From: Amoebophrya sp. A120
Lineage: Eukaryota; Protista; Dinoflagellata
Reading direction: 5' to 3'
Assembly (NCBI GenBank): GCA_905178155.1
Contig: CAJINV010000001.1
Span: forward strand, 9,321,865 to 9,385,864
Length of the DNA stretch: 64,000 bases
Below, piece after piece: positions 24,112 through 36,949 of this stretch. How positions within the stretch are numbered: the first letter of the stretch is position 1; every line of letters begins with the position of its first letter. The position numbers and the translations under genes were made by a program. Under the pieces are notes generated by a model. The model saw only the letters and a list, made by a program, of their open reading frames with translations, did no database searches and was not told the origin of the DNA.

Positions 24112-27100
24112 ATGAGAACGCGGTGTCACCTCGTTCCTTTGCTGCTTGCAGCAACAGTCACGGCCTCTTCTGCCGCACCAGTTTCTCTGAACGCCAGTAC
24201 TGCCTCAAGTTCATCATCAACAGGCCCAGCGGTCTTGACAGAACATGCTCTCGCAGCCCACGACAAGCAAACCCAAGCGGCGGGGTAAGATGACGGTGTC
24301 GTTGATAAGTATCTGATGATCACTCGCCCATTTAGATCTACTTTTAACACTCTTGATGGTGGACGTCATCGTGGAGCCAACATTCAAAATCTAGATCCAA
24401 AAATTGATACAGAATTGCTCCACCTTCCGTTGAGCAGGAGTATTACACGGACGCCGTTGCGTCGCAGGCAAGAGCGGGTTTTTTAGGACGACGACCGCAG
24501 TGCCACCGATGGACAAAATCGGCAGCCTGCAGAGTTGGTGGCGGGTTTGCACTGCTGGCAGCGGCCGCTGCTGGAGCAGGAGCGGCCTTCAGCCACATCG
24601 GTACTGGGCACCACAACGGCCACGGAAACAGTAAATCCACCACCAGTGCGATTAATAATTTGGACAGCGTGTATCCCGGCCCCTATCCAGGCGACCCAAT
24701 CCCGCAGGCGCACGGACTGCATTCGTCCATGTACGACAGTTACAGAAACATCGCTGAGCAGCAAGGCGGCAAGACGTGGAAAAGCTACTTGGAGATGATT
24801 GACGGGGCTGCGGTCGAGCCCGGTGTTCCCGGAGCGTTGGGCGGGCCTGGCTTTCTCGCACCGGCGGACCGGAGTACAACTGAACAAGCCGCGGACTTTT
24901 TTTCCCCGACCGGGGGTCGAACACGAAATACTCCACACAGCCAGAAAGAGGAGCGGCAGCGGGGATCACTACCCTCAGTTGTTCTTGTCGAGGATCAGTA
25001 TGAGCCACCGATTATCAACACGAGCAAAAGTTTAGCCGAAGTCGAGAACTTAGCCGCACTGAAGGCACCAGCGCGTGAACACGTGAAGGGAAACGATTTG
25101 TCTACAGGAAAAGCGACCGATTTGGATTTGGAATCCACGGCAATTGAATCCACGACAAGTCAGAGGACACAGCAAGAGAGCACGACTGGGGCAAGCGCTT
25201 TCGTAGTACCCCCTTTATTATCTCCGCACCAAGAAGTGCCGGACAACGCGGCATCGTCTGCGGCGCTTCTGAAAAATGCAAGCCTGAGGACTTCCACTTC
25301 TGCTTCTTCTCCGTCTGCACCCTTAGGAACCGCCCTCGACGAGCTTGCGAACGAGAGTGTGACCGAGGCGGAAACGTTCGCAGAGGTGGCCCATCTGCTG
25401 GTGGAGCTGGGCGACGCCATGATGAAGGGCAACCAACTAAAGGTGTTCGAAATCTTCAAAAAGTTGCAACCGGAGCTCGCGAAGACTACGGACGATTACT
25501 ACTCTATCCTGAAAACCATCAACAAAATTCAGGAAGTGGCGATCCAATTTGCAAACGACAAGCTGCAGACTGACTTCAAGGTAGTAAATCTGTTCTAAAC
25601 CAAGTACTAGACTTTTTTTTCCGTTCTTCTTCTTTGCCCAGAGCCCAACCGTCTGCCTCTTCAGGAAGAAGGAGCATATTGGCAAACGCATCAATCGAGG
25701 TCGCCAGTATGGAGCTTTGTTGACGAAAAGACGAAAGGTCTACTGCCGTTTGTACTGTTGTACTAGATGGCTATGATTTGCGTTTGCTGGCACACGATGA
25801 CAGTTTTCCTTCGCACAACAGACCCTTACGTTTGCTCTGGTGTTGCTTTACGGAGACGTGACGAAATTGATCGTGAGTGACCTTCGGAACGTGGAGACGC
25901 ATTGGCGAGCGCCGAACCACACGGCGCGCGACGCGGCTTTGTTGAACCTGGAAACGCACATTTTGCAATCCATCGGCGACACGAGTGCCCTTTGGAACGC
26001 GATCGCCGGTGTGATTACCGACGTAGCCCACGAATTCGGCGAGGGTGCGTTCAGCCACCGAGTGAAGCACGCAAAGAAGGGCGCGGCGCGGCTCGCGATG
26101 GTCGCGCTGCGCAAACGGAACGCGTGGCTGTTACCGACGCCGGAGGGCTTGGAGATGCGGAAACCCTATTTGAAGTTTTTCCACTCCATGCTGCAGTTTG
26201 TGAAGGATCTGGCCGACATGTCAGAACTACTGAAGGAGCTGATGCTATGGGGGTGTCAGGATCGAAATCGACAAAGTCGAAAAATTTGTAATGCATAAAT
26301 TGCACGGCACGCATGGCCTGTGTTGACGTTGAGGAGCAGCAGGTAAATGAAACCGATGGAAAGTCTGTTTAGGGGAAGGCGATGTGCTACCAGAGTAGCA
26401 TGACAGGAGCTGTCTTCCTTGCCCAAACAGCATGACAGACAGGACTTTGGTGCTCCTGAAATTTGTAATGCAGCACTTGAAAACTGAGGCTCCAACTGGT
26501 ATCGATTTTATGCATCACAAATCATTTCAATTTTGTTGATTTCGATCCTGACGCTTCCATAGATGCTCACGTACGGGACGGAACTGAACACGTTGTGGGA
26601 CGCGATGCCGGAGAGCGACAAAAACTTGGCGAACTTGGAAAAGGATTATGCGAAGAAAAAAACTGGATGCGTGTGGTGGGACTTGTTGCATTTTTTTCTC
26701 TGCATGAAGAATAGCGGTCTACGGTTTTGTATTGTTTCAAGGGCCATTTCCTTGTCCATGATGAAGATGAGAGCCTCTTTTACACGTATAATTTCATGGT
26801 CGAGTTGTATGTAGTGAGGTCACCGAACGGTTCTAACCGGGGAGTTTTTTTGACACCCAGCCAGCAAAACGACCGGCAGTTTTCAAGCGGGCGGGAGTGT
26901 TTTTTGACGAAAAAGATTTTCAATTATCAGGCGGCCGGAGCTTTGCCAACAAACAAGCCCGGTCGAAAACTATCGATTCCCGCTTGATAAAACGACGCAG
27001 GGGAGCCGGCAAAAGGGGCGCCCTTCTGAGGCGCCCGCCGCCTTAGTTTCTGGCGATTTGGGGCGCCCAAAAAGGGGCGTGCAAAAAACGCGCCCAAAAT

Positions 27101-28251
27101 CAGAACAGCGAAACAGCATGGCACGGCCGCGATTTCGGAGCACTTTGGGCGGCCGCGAAAGCGGCCGCCTTTTCGCCGGTTTTAGAGCCTGGGAAGCTTT
27201 GCAAAAAGCGCCGGCGTGAAAAATAAAAACGCGAAAAATAAAAAGCGCGCCAGACGCGCAAAGCCAATCCGCATGCCATGGGCCCGGTTTTTCTTCGCTT
27301 TTTGGGCGCCCCCCGTGGCACCCGGATCGGCCCCATAGCATCGGGGCTGGCTTTCGGAAAGTAATTTTGGAAATGTGCCAAAATTTGCGACGTTTCCCAA
27401 GTGGCCGCCATACCGTGCGGCATAACGTTACTCACGGCGGTATGGCGAGCCCATAAAAAGCAAAGCCGCGGCCAAGGCTGCGGTCGGCAAAAAAACGCCC
27501 ACGACCTCACTACCCCCGCCCCGGCGGCTATATTTGGTACTGTTCTTTCACCCGCGAAAACATTTTTTTTTCTTGGCGATAAGAATCCCGCGAAGTTCAT
27601 CGATCAGATGATTGTAGACCGGGAGATGTTGCCAAAAGCGCAGAAGACGCGACGCATGAGGGAAATGCTCGACGTGCTGGGGAAGGTGGCAGACAGGCTG
27701 GAGAAGGAAGGAAAGGAGTACGAAAAATTCGTGACCTGTTTTCTTTGTTTTGAGGATTTTTCCTTGTTCGAAATTTTCTCTAGGCTTTTATAGATTTGCA
27801 CGTGCTTGATGCGGGGAATCTCGCATGATATGCAGAGGTCCTGAAGTAAACAAACATTAACACACCACAAAGCCTTCTCGCAATGGAAGCGTCATTCCCC
27901 GAGATTGAGTCCCTGTTTAGCCAGTATTTGTCCCCTGTTGGTGAGCACGTGCGCGAGGAGGGCACGCAGTTTATCTCCAACGCGATTCAGACGGCACTGA
28001 AAGTCGGACTTTTTTCGGCCGACGCAGGCACGTATGCGGGGGCCATGACAGAGCAGACCGCAACAGCCGCGAGGGCGGAGCTTGAACGAGACGCCGAGGG
28101 CCTGCGGGAAGGCGCAAAGCAGCTGGTGCAAAATTTTGCCTCGTTTCTCAAGCAGGAGGCTGCCTACGTAAAACAACTTGAGCGGCTCTTAAATTGGAAC
28201 TCACCGACATCGGGAGGCGCGCAACGCGAGTGGGTAGCACAACTATTGTGA
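24112..28251 (+). CDS. Secreted/surface hypothetical protein with signal peptide, about 6 exons, helical C-terminal half
   Basis: N-terminus MRTRCHLVPLLLAATVTASSAA. GT-AG introns at 25581-25821 and 27718-27872, a non-canonical intron at about 24285-24436, and elements E5 and E6 link ORFs 24660, 25840, 26563, 27401 and 27883 in frame. Confidence 0.7.
26246..26561. mobile_element. TIR introner-like element E5
   Basis: About 50-bp imperfect TIR (TATGGGGGTGTCAGGATCGAAATCGACAAAG… / …TTTTGTTGATTTCGATCCTGACGCTTCCATA). TSD GATGC (26241-26245, 26562-26566). Spliced product reads ELMLTYGTEL. Confidence 0.92.
26647..27581. mobile_element. Long TIR introner-like element E6 with GC-rich interior
   Basis: TATGCGAAGAAAAAAA / TTTTTTTCTTGGCGATA ends. 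TSD AGGAT/AGAAT. Removal is in frame (GA-AG register 26644-27583). Inner 11-bp IR GTAGTGAGGTC at about 26811/27502. Confidence 0.7.
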
Positions 28252-29701
28252 TCCAGGAGACGAATACTCTTCACCGGCCGTCAATGAAGACTGTTGATAA
28301 ATGCCGCGCTGAATGCAATACGAGTAATTAGACGCACAGTACCAAGACGAAGACCAAGACCATTTTTCCAGCACATGGAAAAAACGGAGCTACCAGAAAA
28401 ATGACACTTCCGCCTTCGTGGGGGGCGACCAAGATAATTCGTCGTAGCGGGAGTCGCAGTTGATGTGTCCGTCAGCTTGCGCACAGTGCGACAGACCACT
28501 ATGAAAGGTTAGAACTCATATCGCGAATATGGACCACAGCCTCTCCAGTCAGCCTCAGCGTCAAGAATGTTACCACACCGCACCGTTTCCGTGCTTGAGA
28601 TTTCATGCCATTATGGTCGTGCAGATTCAAGTGTATCGATGCTTGCTCCTGAGAATAGAGAAGATTTTTGCAACTGACTTAGATAGAAAACTTCTTGGTC
28701 AGTTCGTTTGGCTTTACCTTTATCAGACAGAAAATTCGAACGCTCAAAAAATTAAGGATACCTGCTCGTCAATTAACCTCATGTCGATACAGGAATATTG
28801 AATAATACAGCGAGCGGCCCCGGTCATTCATGTGGATAAAGAGACATGTCATACAACAAACGGTGGTTGAGTTTTTCTGACGTATTTTTATACTTTTTTG
28901 TGGCCACGGTGGCGGCACTGATTCTGAGCTTCCGAAAATGAAGTAAACAGCAGAAATTCAGAGACGATAGCAATTTGAGAATACAGGGTGACTGATGAGA
29001 AAAGCAAATAGTAACTGATGGACGCAGCTGCAGGCTCGTTCCGTGCTTCCGAATTCGTTAGGCACGTATTGCACGTTCTTTGATACGGGCAAACAGCGAG
29101 TGAGCTAGCAATGGCCCATCTGTAAAAAAAGCCCTGGCTGGATCAAAAATGTTCTGTGTACAAGAACTCCTCGTAGGAGTAAAAAGTGCCGCTCCGTTGA
29201 TGTTCTTGCAGCAGCGTGCTACTTGTGGTCATGCCTTTGCATTCGTGAAGACAGCAAAGTTCCGATGCCGTACTCGCGAGAAGGCTAGTGGTCCAGCGGA
29301 AAAATAAAAGCACGACTGACATGTTTCGTGTTTGTCGTTTGGATCTAAACTGGATTTTAGATGTGGCAAATTCGTCCTTGCTTGTTCGAAACGAGATCTT
29401 CTGGTTTCAGAATTGTCGGTCTGGCTGCTTACAGGAACACAGCCATTTTTCATTCGTCCTCCTATCGTATCGAAACAAAATAAGTATGATGAAGACGAGA
29501 TGACAACAACTCTAGGAATTACGAATTACCCCAAGCGCCTACAAGACATAAGATGGTCTCAATTATCCTCGTGGCAGTCGGGTCCGGTTGTAGTTGAAGT
29601 AGTCGTAGAGTTTTTGAAACCTTCTGTCTAAAATGCAAATGTAAAAAAGCAGGTCGGAAGAACTACAGTAAACCTGCTGCTGCTTTTTCCGTGCCTCGAT
29701 C

Positions 29702-30703
29702 ATGGCTTTCAAAGTTACTTCACATGGGCTTGTGTGGTCCTCTGTATGCCCTGTTTTGCTCTTTCTCCTTCGCAGCCCATTAACGATTTACATTCTAACG
29801 CAACCACATTTTTTCGCATCCGCCGTCAAATTAGATCTCAAGTCTTATCATGATGATGCCGCGTCCAGCATACAAAAAAGCAGCGAGGGAGGTCCAGAAC
29901 AAGGGGTGAACCGTGGGCCCCTTTTCGAAGAACAACATCAAAGTCTACAGCAGGAACCACGACCGGCGTTGGTGAAAGTAGAAATCAGGAGTGCGCTTTC
30001 CGGGAATTTGCACGGGAGTTACGTGGTTCCGCTTCGCACGACGGTCGCAGGCTTGGTCATGCTGGCATTTCCTAAAGAGGACAATAACAACTTCTACGCC
30101 GTAGATTTGATACTTGATGCAGAAGACAATATGCATCGCCGCCTTTCCGAATCTCATCGTATCGAATCTCGGCCTCAGAATCCCGGGGAAGTACATGTTC
30201 CTCTTGCTACTCCACCGCAACTTCCAAGTTCTGCGACCGCACGGACGCTCTTCACGGAGCAATGGCTCGGCGATCTCGTAGGGGGGGCGTCGTGCTCCGT
30301 CGAGAGGGGTGTCGAGGTCGGGCTAGTGCACGGCACAAAGTCTGAAGAGGAAGCAGCTGAATGTGAAATCAAACGGAGCCCGACCGAGCAGAATGGTGAA
30401 GATTCTCCCCCTGCTGCCATCTTCCGAACCACCTATAATCTGAAGCTGAAGTTTTTGCGCAACTCGTCCGTCGACGCCGTTACCGTAAAGCGTTTTCTTG
30501 AGGGGGACTTGTCGCCGCTGAGTCGAAACTCTTGTCTCTGGCGCAACAAAAACGCGATGCTGCTTCTGCTCGACGGTCTTCGGGGGCAGGGGTTCCGGCA
30601 AGCGGAGCTCGCCGGGCAAACACCGATCAGAGAGCTCATGGAAAGTGACCCGGCCTTCGAAAGTGCCGTAAGACGACGACTGACCTCCTCCCCCGGAGCT
30701 TGA
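29702..30703 (+). CDS. Hypothetical protein with hydrophobic N-terminus
   Basis: 333-aa single ORF with ATG start and signal/anchor-like N-terminus. Confidence 0.6.
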   Translation: MAFKVTSHGLVWSSVCPVLLFLLRSPLTIYILTQPHFFASAVKLDLKSYHDDAASSIQKSSEGGPEQGVNRGPLFEEQHQSLQQEPRPALVKVEIRSALSGNLHGSYVVPLRTTVAGLVMLAFPKEDNNNFYAVDLILDAEDNMHRRLSESHRIESRPQNPGEVHVPLATPPQLPSSATARTLFTEQWLGDLVGGASCSVERGVEVGLVHGTKSEEEAAECEIKRSPTEQNGEDSPPAAIFRTTYNLKLKFLRNSSVDAVTVKRFLEGDLSPLSRNSCLWRNKNAMLLLLDGLRGQGFRQAELAGQTPIRELMESDPAFESAVRRRLTSSPGA

Positions 30704-31233
30704 CGCGACGGAAAGCTCGATACGATCACGAGGACTTGATGATGCGGAGCTGGGGGCAAGTCAAGGATTCGCTCTCGGTTTGAAGAAACTCGTTCTATTG
30801 ATGCTAGCTACCTACGAAAAAGGCCCTGCTGTTGAGTCAAAACAGGGGGAAAATACTGAGTAAATTTGTAAGGATCTGTGGCTGATGAAAAACGCTAACC
30901 GTAAAGCAAACAAGAAAGTCAAAACCCTTATCAAACCTGCAGTGCACGTTACATCCGCGTGTCTGGTACATGTTATGTCCCTGTCTTTGGATAAAACGAA
31001 CGAGAGATATACAGGATTCAGTTCGACATTTTTTCGGCGTACTGCAGTTATTCTTATTCATATTGATATTGTGTCAACACTTGTGTCGTGATTTGTCGCG
31101 AACACGAACCAGGCAGGATAGACACACTAGTGCTTATACCGAGATAACGGCACATAATTTTTCGCGACGCTAAATCTCAGCGGAATTTGAACCTGTTAAT
31201 TTCAGTTCAGGTTTTTGGTTTTCATTTTCAAAC

Positions 31234-34058
31234 ATGACTATGACGAGCACGACCACGCGCAGCATACTTTTACCGACATCTATATGGAATCGATTTTGGA
31301 TATTGTCACAATTACCACGACTCGTAAACGCAAGAAAGAGGTAGTATCAGACCAACACTACGTCCAAATAGAATGCCCCGCGCGAATGCCTTGCGCTGGC
31401 GAGCACGCGGCAGTTCCGATGGGATCACTGCAGCTGCTGAGCCTGCATGCGTTTCCAGTTACGCACCCGCTGCGCGGGCGGTTTCAGTGTCAGCAAGTCA
31501 ACATCCGGACAATATGCCCACTCCGGAGATGAACCGACTACGTGACCACGATGCGAGTGCGAACCCGGATTTGCAGGCTTCGCATTTCCAACTCTACAGA
31601 CGAGAGGAGCATGACGCTTTTCCTGTTGAGAGTGCCGGGGTAGAGACAGGAGCCGGAAGTACTGCAACTCCTGCAAGCAGTATCCTTGTGTCAGGACCTC
31701 GACCTCCTACTGCACGACCTTTGACGACTCCCGATTCGACGGCACAAAATATAAATAAGAATCAGAGCGGAATATTAAAAGCTGCGAACGAAACAAGCCG
31801 TCCTGCATTTTTGGAAGTAGTCGACATTGCGTTGAACCTTGCGGACGTCAAGTGGGACGGGATTTACCAGGACGGAAAACAGTTCCACGCCCCGGACCAC
31901 GCCTACATGCTGAAGCGGACCTTTGAACTCGGAAAATGGTACAAGGACCACGAAGATGCGGCGCAGGTAGACATGCAGCTCGTCCCTTGTCGCATGGCAA
32001 AGTGCATGGTGTCCGGGGGCGGCCTGGAGTGGATCCGGAAGGCCTTCTTTTTGATGGAAAAATTCGACCCGGGGCGGAAATTCTTATTCACCTGCATCGG
32101 CGTGCACCCCACTATGGTCAAGGAGTTTTTGTTTTTGCCCGAACGCTTCAACCCTGCAACCGCCAAAGTTGAGGTTCTCCCGCAATACCGGAGCTGGAAG
32201 CCCCCGGTATTGCGGGAGAACCTCCCAGCAGGATCAGAGGATCATCCCGTCACAGAAGAAAGCGTTGTTGACAGCAGGACGTGGCGTGGTAACGACGACG
32301 GTGAGAACGTCGTAATGGAGGACATGGAGGTTGAAGACAACGCTGTCGACCAAAAGAATGCCGTCTCAACATTCGGTGGAGGCACTGCACACAAAGGCGC
32401 GACGTGGGGGAAAAAAGGCCCGGAACAAACGTCGGCAAATTATACGAAGTCCGCTGGTGGCGACTCACCGGGGGGCCGGTCAAAGGGGACTAGTGGCACA
32501 GCAACCTCAAAAACTACAAAAATGTTGAAAAATAGCCAGAGGCCCGTGGAGGTGACGGCTTACGGTCTGGCCGACTCGCGGCTGCACGAGTACTTCGCGG
32601 ACCCGTCGTATCAGAGCCAGCACTTGCACGCGCTGCGTCAGTTCTTTGCCGACGAGCAATGCCGGAAGCGCATTGTCGCCGTCGGCGAGATCGGGTTGGA
32701 CTACGAACGAACGCAGTTCTGCCCGCTGGAAATCCAGCGGAGGTTTCTGGAGTTACAGCTGCCCCTGGCGGCCGAGTACGATCTGCCGCTCTACATCCAC
32801 GTGCGTGGCGCCGGCTGCATGGAAGAGTTTCTAGAGATGCTGGACCGGGTTGTATTGCGAAAGTTCTTCCCCGGCTTTCGAAAAAACCTCGCTTGCGAAG
32901 AGCTAGACGCGACGCTGGTTGGCTGGGGTTCTCCTCCTCGGGCCCAAAACAGATCAGAAGTTCTGCATGGGGAGGCGCTTCTTGGAAAAGACGAGGATGC
33001 AGCTCCGAGTAAGTTTACGCCACGAGCACAAGGCCGCGTTTTCCGGTCTGGCGTTGTTCACAGCTTTACGGGCACCGTCGCCGACTTGGAGCTTCTTCTA
33101 TCGTACAACTTGTTTGTTTCCGTTATGGAGTTGTTCTCATCAAGCGTAACATGGCCCGCTGTTGCAGGAAGACTTCGCCTTGGTTTGTCATGCTAGCGAC
33201 ATTGGGATTGGTCCTGCAGATGCAGAATTTCAATGTTTTTGAAAGACGCCGTATTGTGTGACAAATTACGGAACAATCAATCTGAATCATGTAACAGCAA
33301 GCAATGTAACGCCTGAGCACGGCATATCCGTCAACGGTTGCTCCCTGCGATCCAAGGCTGGTTGTTTGATGATCAAGAGCATTCCGCTCGATCGCCTTTT
33401 GTTGGAAACTGACGCGCCCTACTGCGCAATCGAGGAGTCAAGCCCTGTCTGGAAAGACCTCAAGACAGCGAATTGCTCCGCACTGTCGATGAATTGTGAA
33501 GTTGGCGTAGGAAAAGATTGCACAAGTGGAACAAAGAGCCTCCACGACGGAGCGGTTCGCGCCGGACTCGCCTGGGGGCGAGTTGCCTCTGTGTCGAAAG
33601 TTGGGAGCACTGGGAGAAATGACAGCAGGCAAGCCTCTTGTAATATGGACGAGAACAACTCAGCAGATGTGGATGTCTCTATGCCCTATTCGACTCCCGT
33701 TTTTCCTGAAGCTCTTGCCCAACAAACCGCGGCTCTGCCGGCTCTTCAGGCTCCCGGTGGAAGGAATTATAGCACGCAGCATGTAGAATTAGAAGCAATG
33801 GCCAGTGCAAATGGCAGTTGTGCCACGACTAACCTGAATGGACAGGGAGCTTTCAACATCCGGGGGAACAAGGGGCGGGGGAAAAAAGGAAAGAAGGGAA
33901 AGAGACGGCAGTTGACGCCCGTGGAACAGATCCAAAGACGGAACGAGCCAATCAACGTGCTTCAGGTTGCGGAGGCCGTGGCGCTTCTGCGAGGTGAACC
34001 GATCGCTAAAGTGCTGCGTGCGGCGCGCGAAAACACACGAAGACTTCTGGGCATATAA
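31234..34058 (+). CDS. TATDN1: TatD-family (TATDN1-like) deoxyribonuclease with long insertions
   Basis: Motifs DIALNLAD, GVHP, VAVGEIGLDY, LPLYIHVR, GVVHSFTG, SVNGCSL, LLLETDAPY and RNEP. Interrupted by E7. Start is uncertain: possible exon 31234-31340 plus a 31-nt GT-AG intron, or ATG 31373/31514. Confidence 0.9.
33124..33326. mobile_element. TIR introner-like element E7 in TatD
   Basis: TATG...CATA ends, decayed ~45-bp IR, TSD TCCGT (33119-33123, 33327-33331). Removal gives LLSYNLFVSVNGCSL. Confidence 0.85.
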
Positions 34059-34783
34059 CATAAACATACATTCTCGTGGCACTTTTTCGGCAGAACGTCA
34101 TGGGAAAAGCTGGACGAATGGATCCAACCGGACACCATGTTGCGCAACATCACTGAAGTATCTGTGCATCAATATCGATGAATTTGTGGTTCTGGTTCTG
34201 ATTGTTCTTGTTGAGCAGAGGTAGGGCCAAAGCAAACGAGTTCGTGCAACGATGTGGAAAAAGATTCCACTGTGGCGACTTGGTTTTTTTTTTGTTCGAC
34301 GCAAGAAACTTTCGCCTCTTAGATGCCTTTAAGGGACAACTATTCCACGGAGATTACCTATCGATTAATCTCAACCGAGGGAAATGCAAATAGAAAATGG
34401 ATATGCCCATGGGCTAAGATAGCTACTCACTTACTCAACTCGAAGAGTTGAGAACATCCACACCTAGTTGCAGAATCTAGCATTATTTTTCGAACCACAC
34501 ACTGCGTCAGGACCTTCGCTTTTCATCTAATTTTTACCATACCGTTACTATATGAAATTCGTGCAAGAAGAAGAACTCATTCATCTATTTGTATTTCCAT
34601 TACAGACGAGGAAAGCAAATGAACGGGTTATCATGCCTACTGCCGCAACACCCTGTATGATCTGGCAGGCCCAGTACAATTCGATTTTAATAACGGAGCG
34701 CAAGCTCTGACTTTGTAAGATATGCATCTTGACGACGACGACATTATCAGGAAGCGATAGACATAAGCTCAGTAAATTCAAAA

Positions 34784-36949
34784 ATGACGAGTCCCAGCCG
34801 AGATCCCGTTCCCTATGACGACGCCTGGAAGCGCTCCGCGCTAGAAGATTTTCGTACTTTTCTGAAGATCCGGACCATTTCGCAGGAGGGACCCCACACC
34901 GGCGCCTACCGCGAGGGCGTGGCATTCCTGAAAAGTGTGGTGGAGCGTCGTCTGTGTTCGCTTCGACCGGATATTGAAATCTTTGTCGAAGAATTCGTCG
35001 AGAAAAAACCGCTGCTCTTCGTGCACATACCCGGTGCTCCTGCTGGCGATACGATTTCAACCGGGAACAAAAGCCGGGAAGCTGGAGGGGAAGTAGAAGT
35101 AGGCGACGCGCACCAGCAAGAAGAATGCCACTCGAATAAGGTACGCGTACAAGCCGAGCAGGACCTCCCCATAACCGTCGACGAGGGGACCTATCAACCG
35201 GACATTCTGCTGCTAAACTCGCATTACGATGTGGTGCCTGCGATGGAGGACAAGTGGGATGTGGACCCCTTCGGCGCTGTCGTCGTGGACGACGAAAAAC
35301 TCTATGGCCGCGGAACGCAAGACATGAAGTGCGTTTGCATCCAGTACGTTTTGGCCCTGGAAAAGATCCTGCGGAGTGTACGAGCTACTAGTAGTTCTGC
35401 AGAAGCAGTAGACCACCACGCGGCGTCAAAGTCAAACAGTGATGAAATAGAAAATGACTATAGAAGAAAAAAAGAACGGCTTCGTCCCATCTGGCTGTCG
35501 TTTGTACCCGACGAGGAGATCGGGGGCAAGGACGGAATGCACGCGTTTCTGTGCTCGACCTTTTACAAAAACCACTTTACTGCTGTGACTACAACCGGCA
35601 AGGTTCGGTCGCGCGTGGCGTTGGGGCTGGACGAGGGCCTCGCCAATGAGACCGACAATTTTACGGTGTTTTTCGGCGAACGCAACCCGTGGTGGATAAT
35701 GGTGAAGGCCACGGGCCCCACCGGCCACGGCAGCCGCTTTATCCGCGACACGGCGGCCCAGAAACTGATCACCCTGGCGAATAAGGCGTTGCAATTTCGC
35801 ATCGAGGAGGAGCGCAAGCTGGCGTACGCCCCGGTGGACCCGGACACCGGGGAGTGCGGCTGCAAGCACGCCCAGGCGAAGAAGCTGGGAGACGTGACCA
35901 CGCTGAACCTTACCATGCTGAAAGCGGGCGTGGAAACCAGTCCCGGGGTGTACGCCCTGAACGTGATCCCCGTCGAGGCCAGCGCGGGATTCGACGTGCG
36001 CATCAGTCCCCTGCTGAAGGTGGCGGACTTTCGCGCCCTGTTGGACTCCTGGGTGGCCGAGTTCGACGGAACCGTCACGTGGTCCTTTGCGCCCGGCACG
36101 GTCCCGGCGGACGAGCACTTTTTGACGCCCGTCACTGCGCGCCCGGATTTGTTTGGCGAGCAGGATGAGGAAGAACAAGGTGAGGACAGTAGTTTCTATT
36201 GCGAGGAGGCGCCGGACCTACACCCGCCGTCCGAGCGACAGGCGCGACTGGACCAGAACCGGCACAAGCGGCAGAGTCTACACTGGTGGCGCGTATTTTC
36301 CAAAACACTGAACACCTTGGGCTACCTATCAAGCGAAAAACATTTCTGAGTACATATTTCTGTCATCTCTACGCTCCTCGCTGGTAGTATGTTGAGGTTC
36401 TTTTCAAGTTGCTATTCCTGCAGCAACGTCGCAAGGTAGGACCACATGCGTTTGATCCGCGGCAAGTAGGATGCTCACCAAGAGTCTAGGTCATCGGATG
36501 CATGTACATACTTTTAAGTAAGAGGACCTATGTGTGTCCGGTTTTTCAGGCGCATGAACAAGTGCATGTCATCCAAGGCCGAATAGATTGAGCCGGTGAT
36601 GATGACGCACTGTCGATCATGTCGGTATATCTGAACGCGCGTGAAGTAAGTATAGTACTTACATTGAAACTCAAACTTTTTACGCGGATAGAGAAAGGAA
36701 GTGTTTTCCGCTTGATGCTGCGAACTAGATGCCGAGGTTTTTCCAGCCGCAACAGACAGCCGCTTTCTGCGCCAATTGAGAATACCGGCCTTTGGTTTTT
36801 CACCGATGCGACGGTGCCCCATTCTACTCCACGAGCACAACGAATACATACCTGTCAGCTGCTTCTGGGAAGGCGTCGGGGTGTACGAAAGCCTGTTGCG
36901 GGAACTTGCCGTCGTGCCCGAGACTGGCGATAACGGCCTGCCTGCTTGA
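34784..36949 (+). CDS. ACY1: Aminoacylase-1 (peptidase M20A), 2 exons
   Basis: Motifs LLNSHYDVVPA, YGRGTQDMK, FVPDEEIGG, LDEGLA, GHGSRF and NVIP. A last exon (about 36717-36949) absent from the ORF track encodes EVFPAATDSRFLR…GFSPM…LLHEHNE. Confidence 0.95.
36327..36717. mobile_element. TIR introner-like element E8 in ACY1
   Basis: ATCAAGCGAAAAACATTTC (36328-36346) vs GAAGTGTTTTCCGCTTGAT (36698-36716). Removing 396 nt (direct repeat GCT 36321/36717; decayed TSD CTACC/CTGCG) gives TLGCELDAEVFP. Confidence 0.88.
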
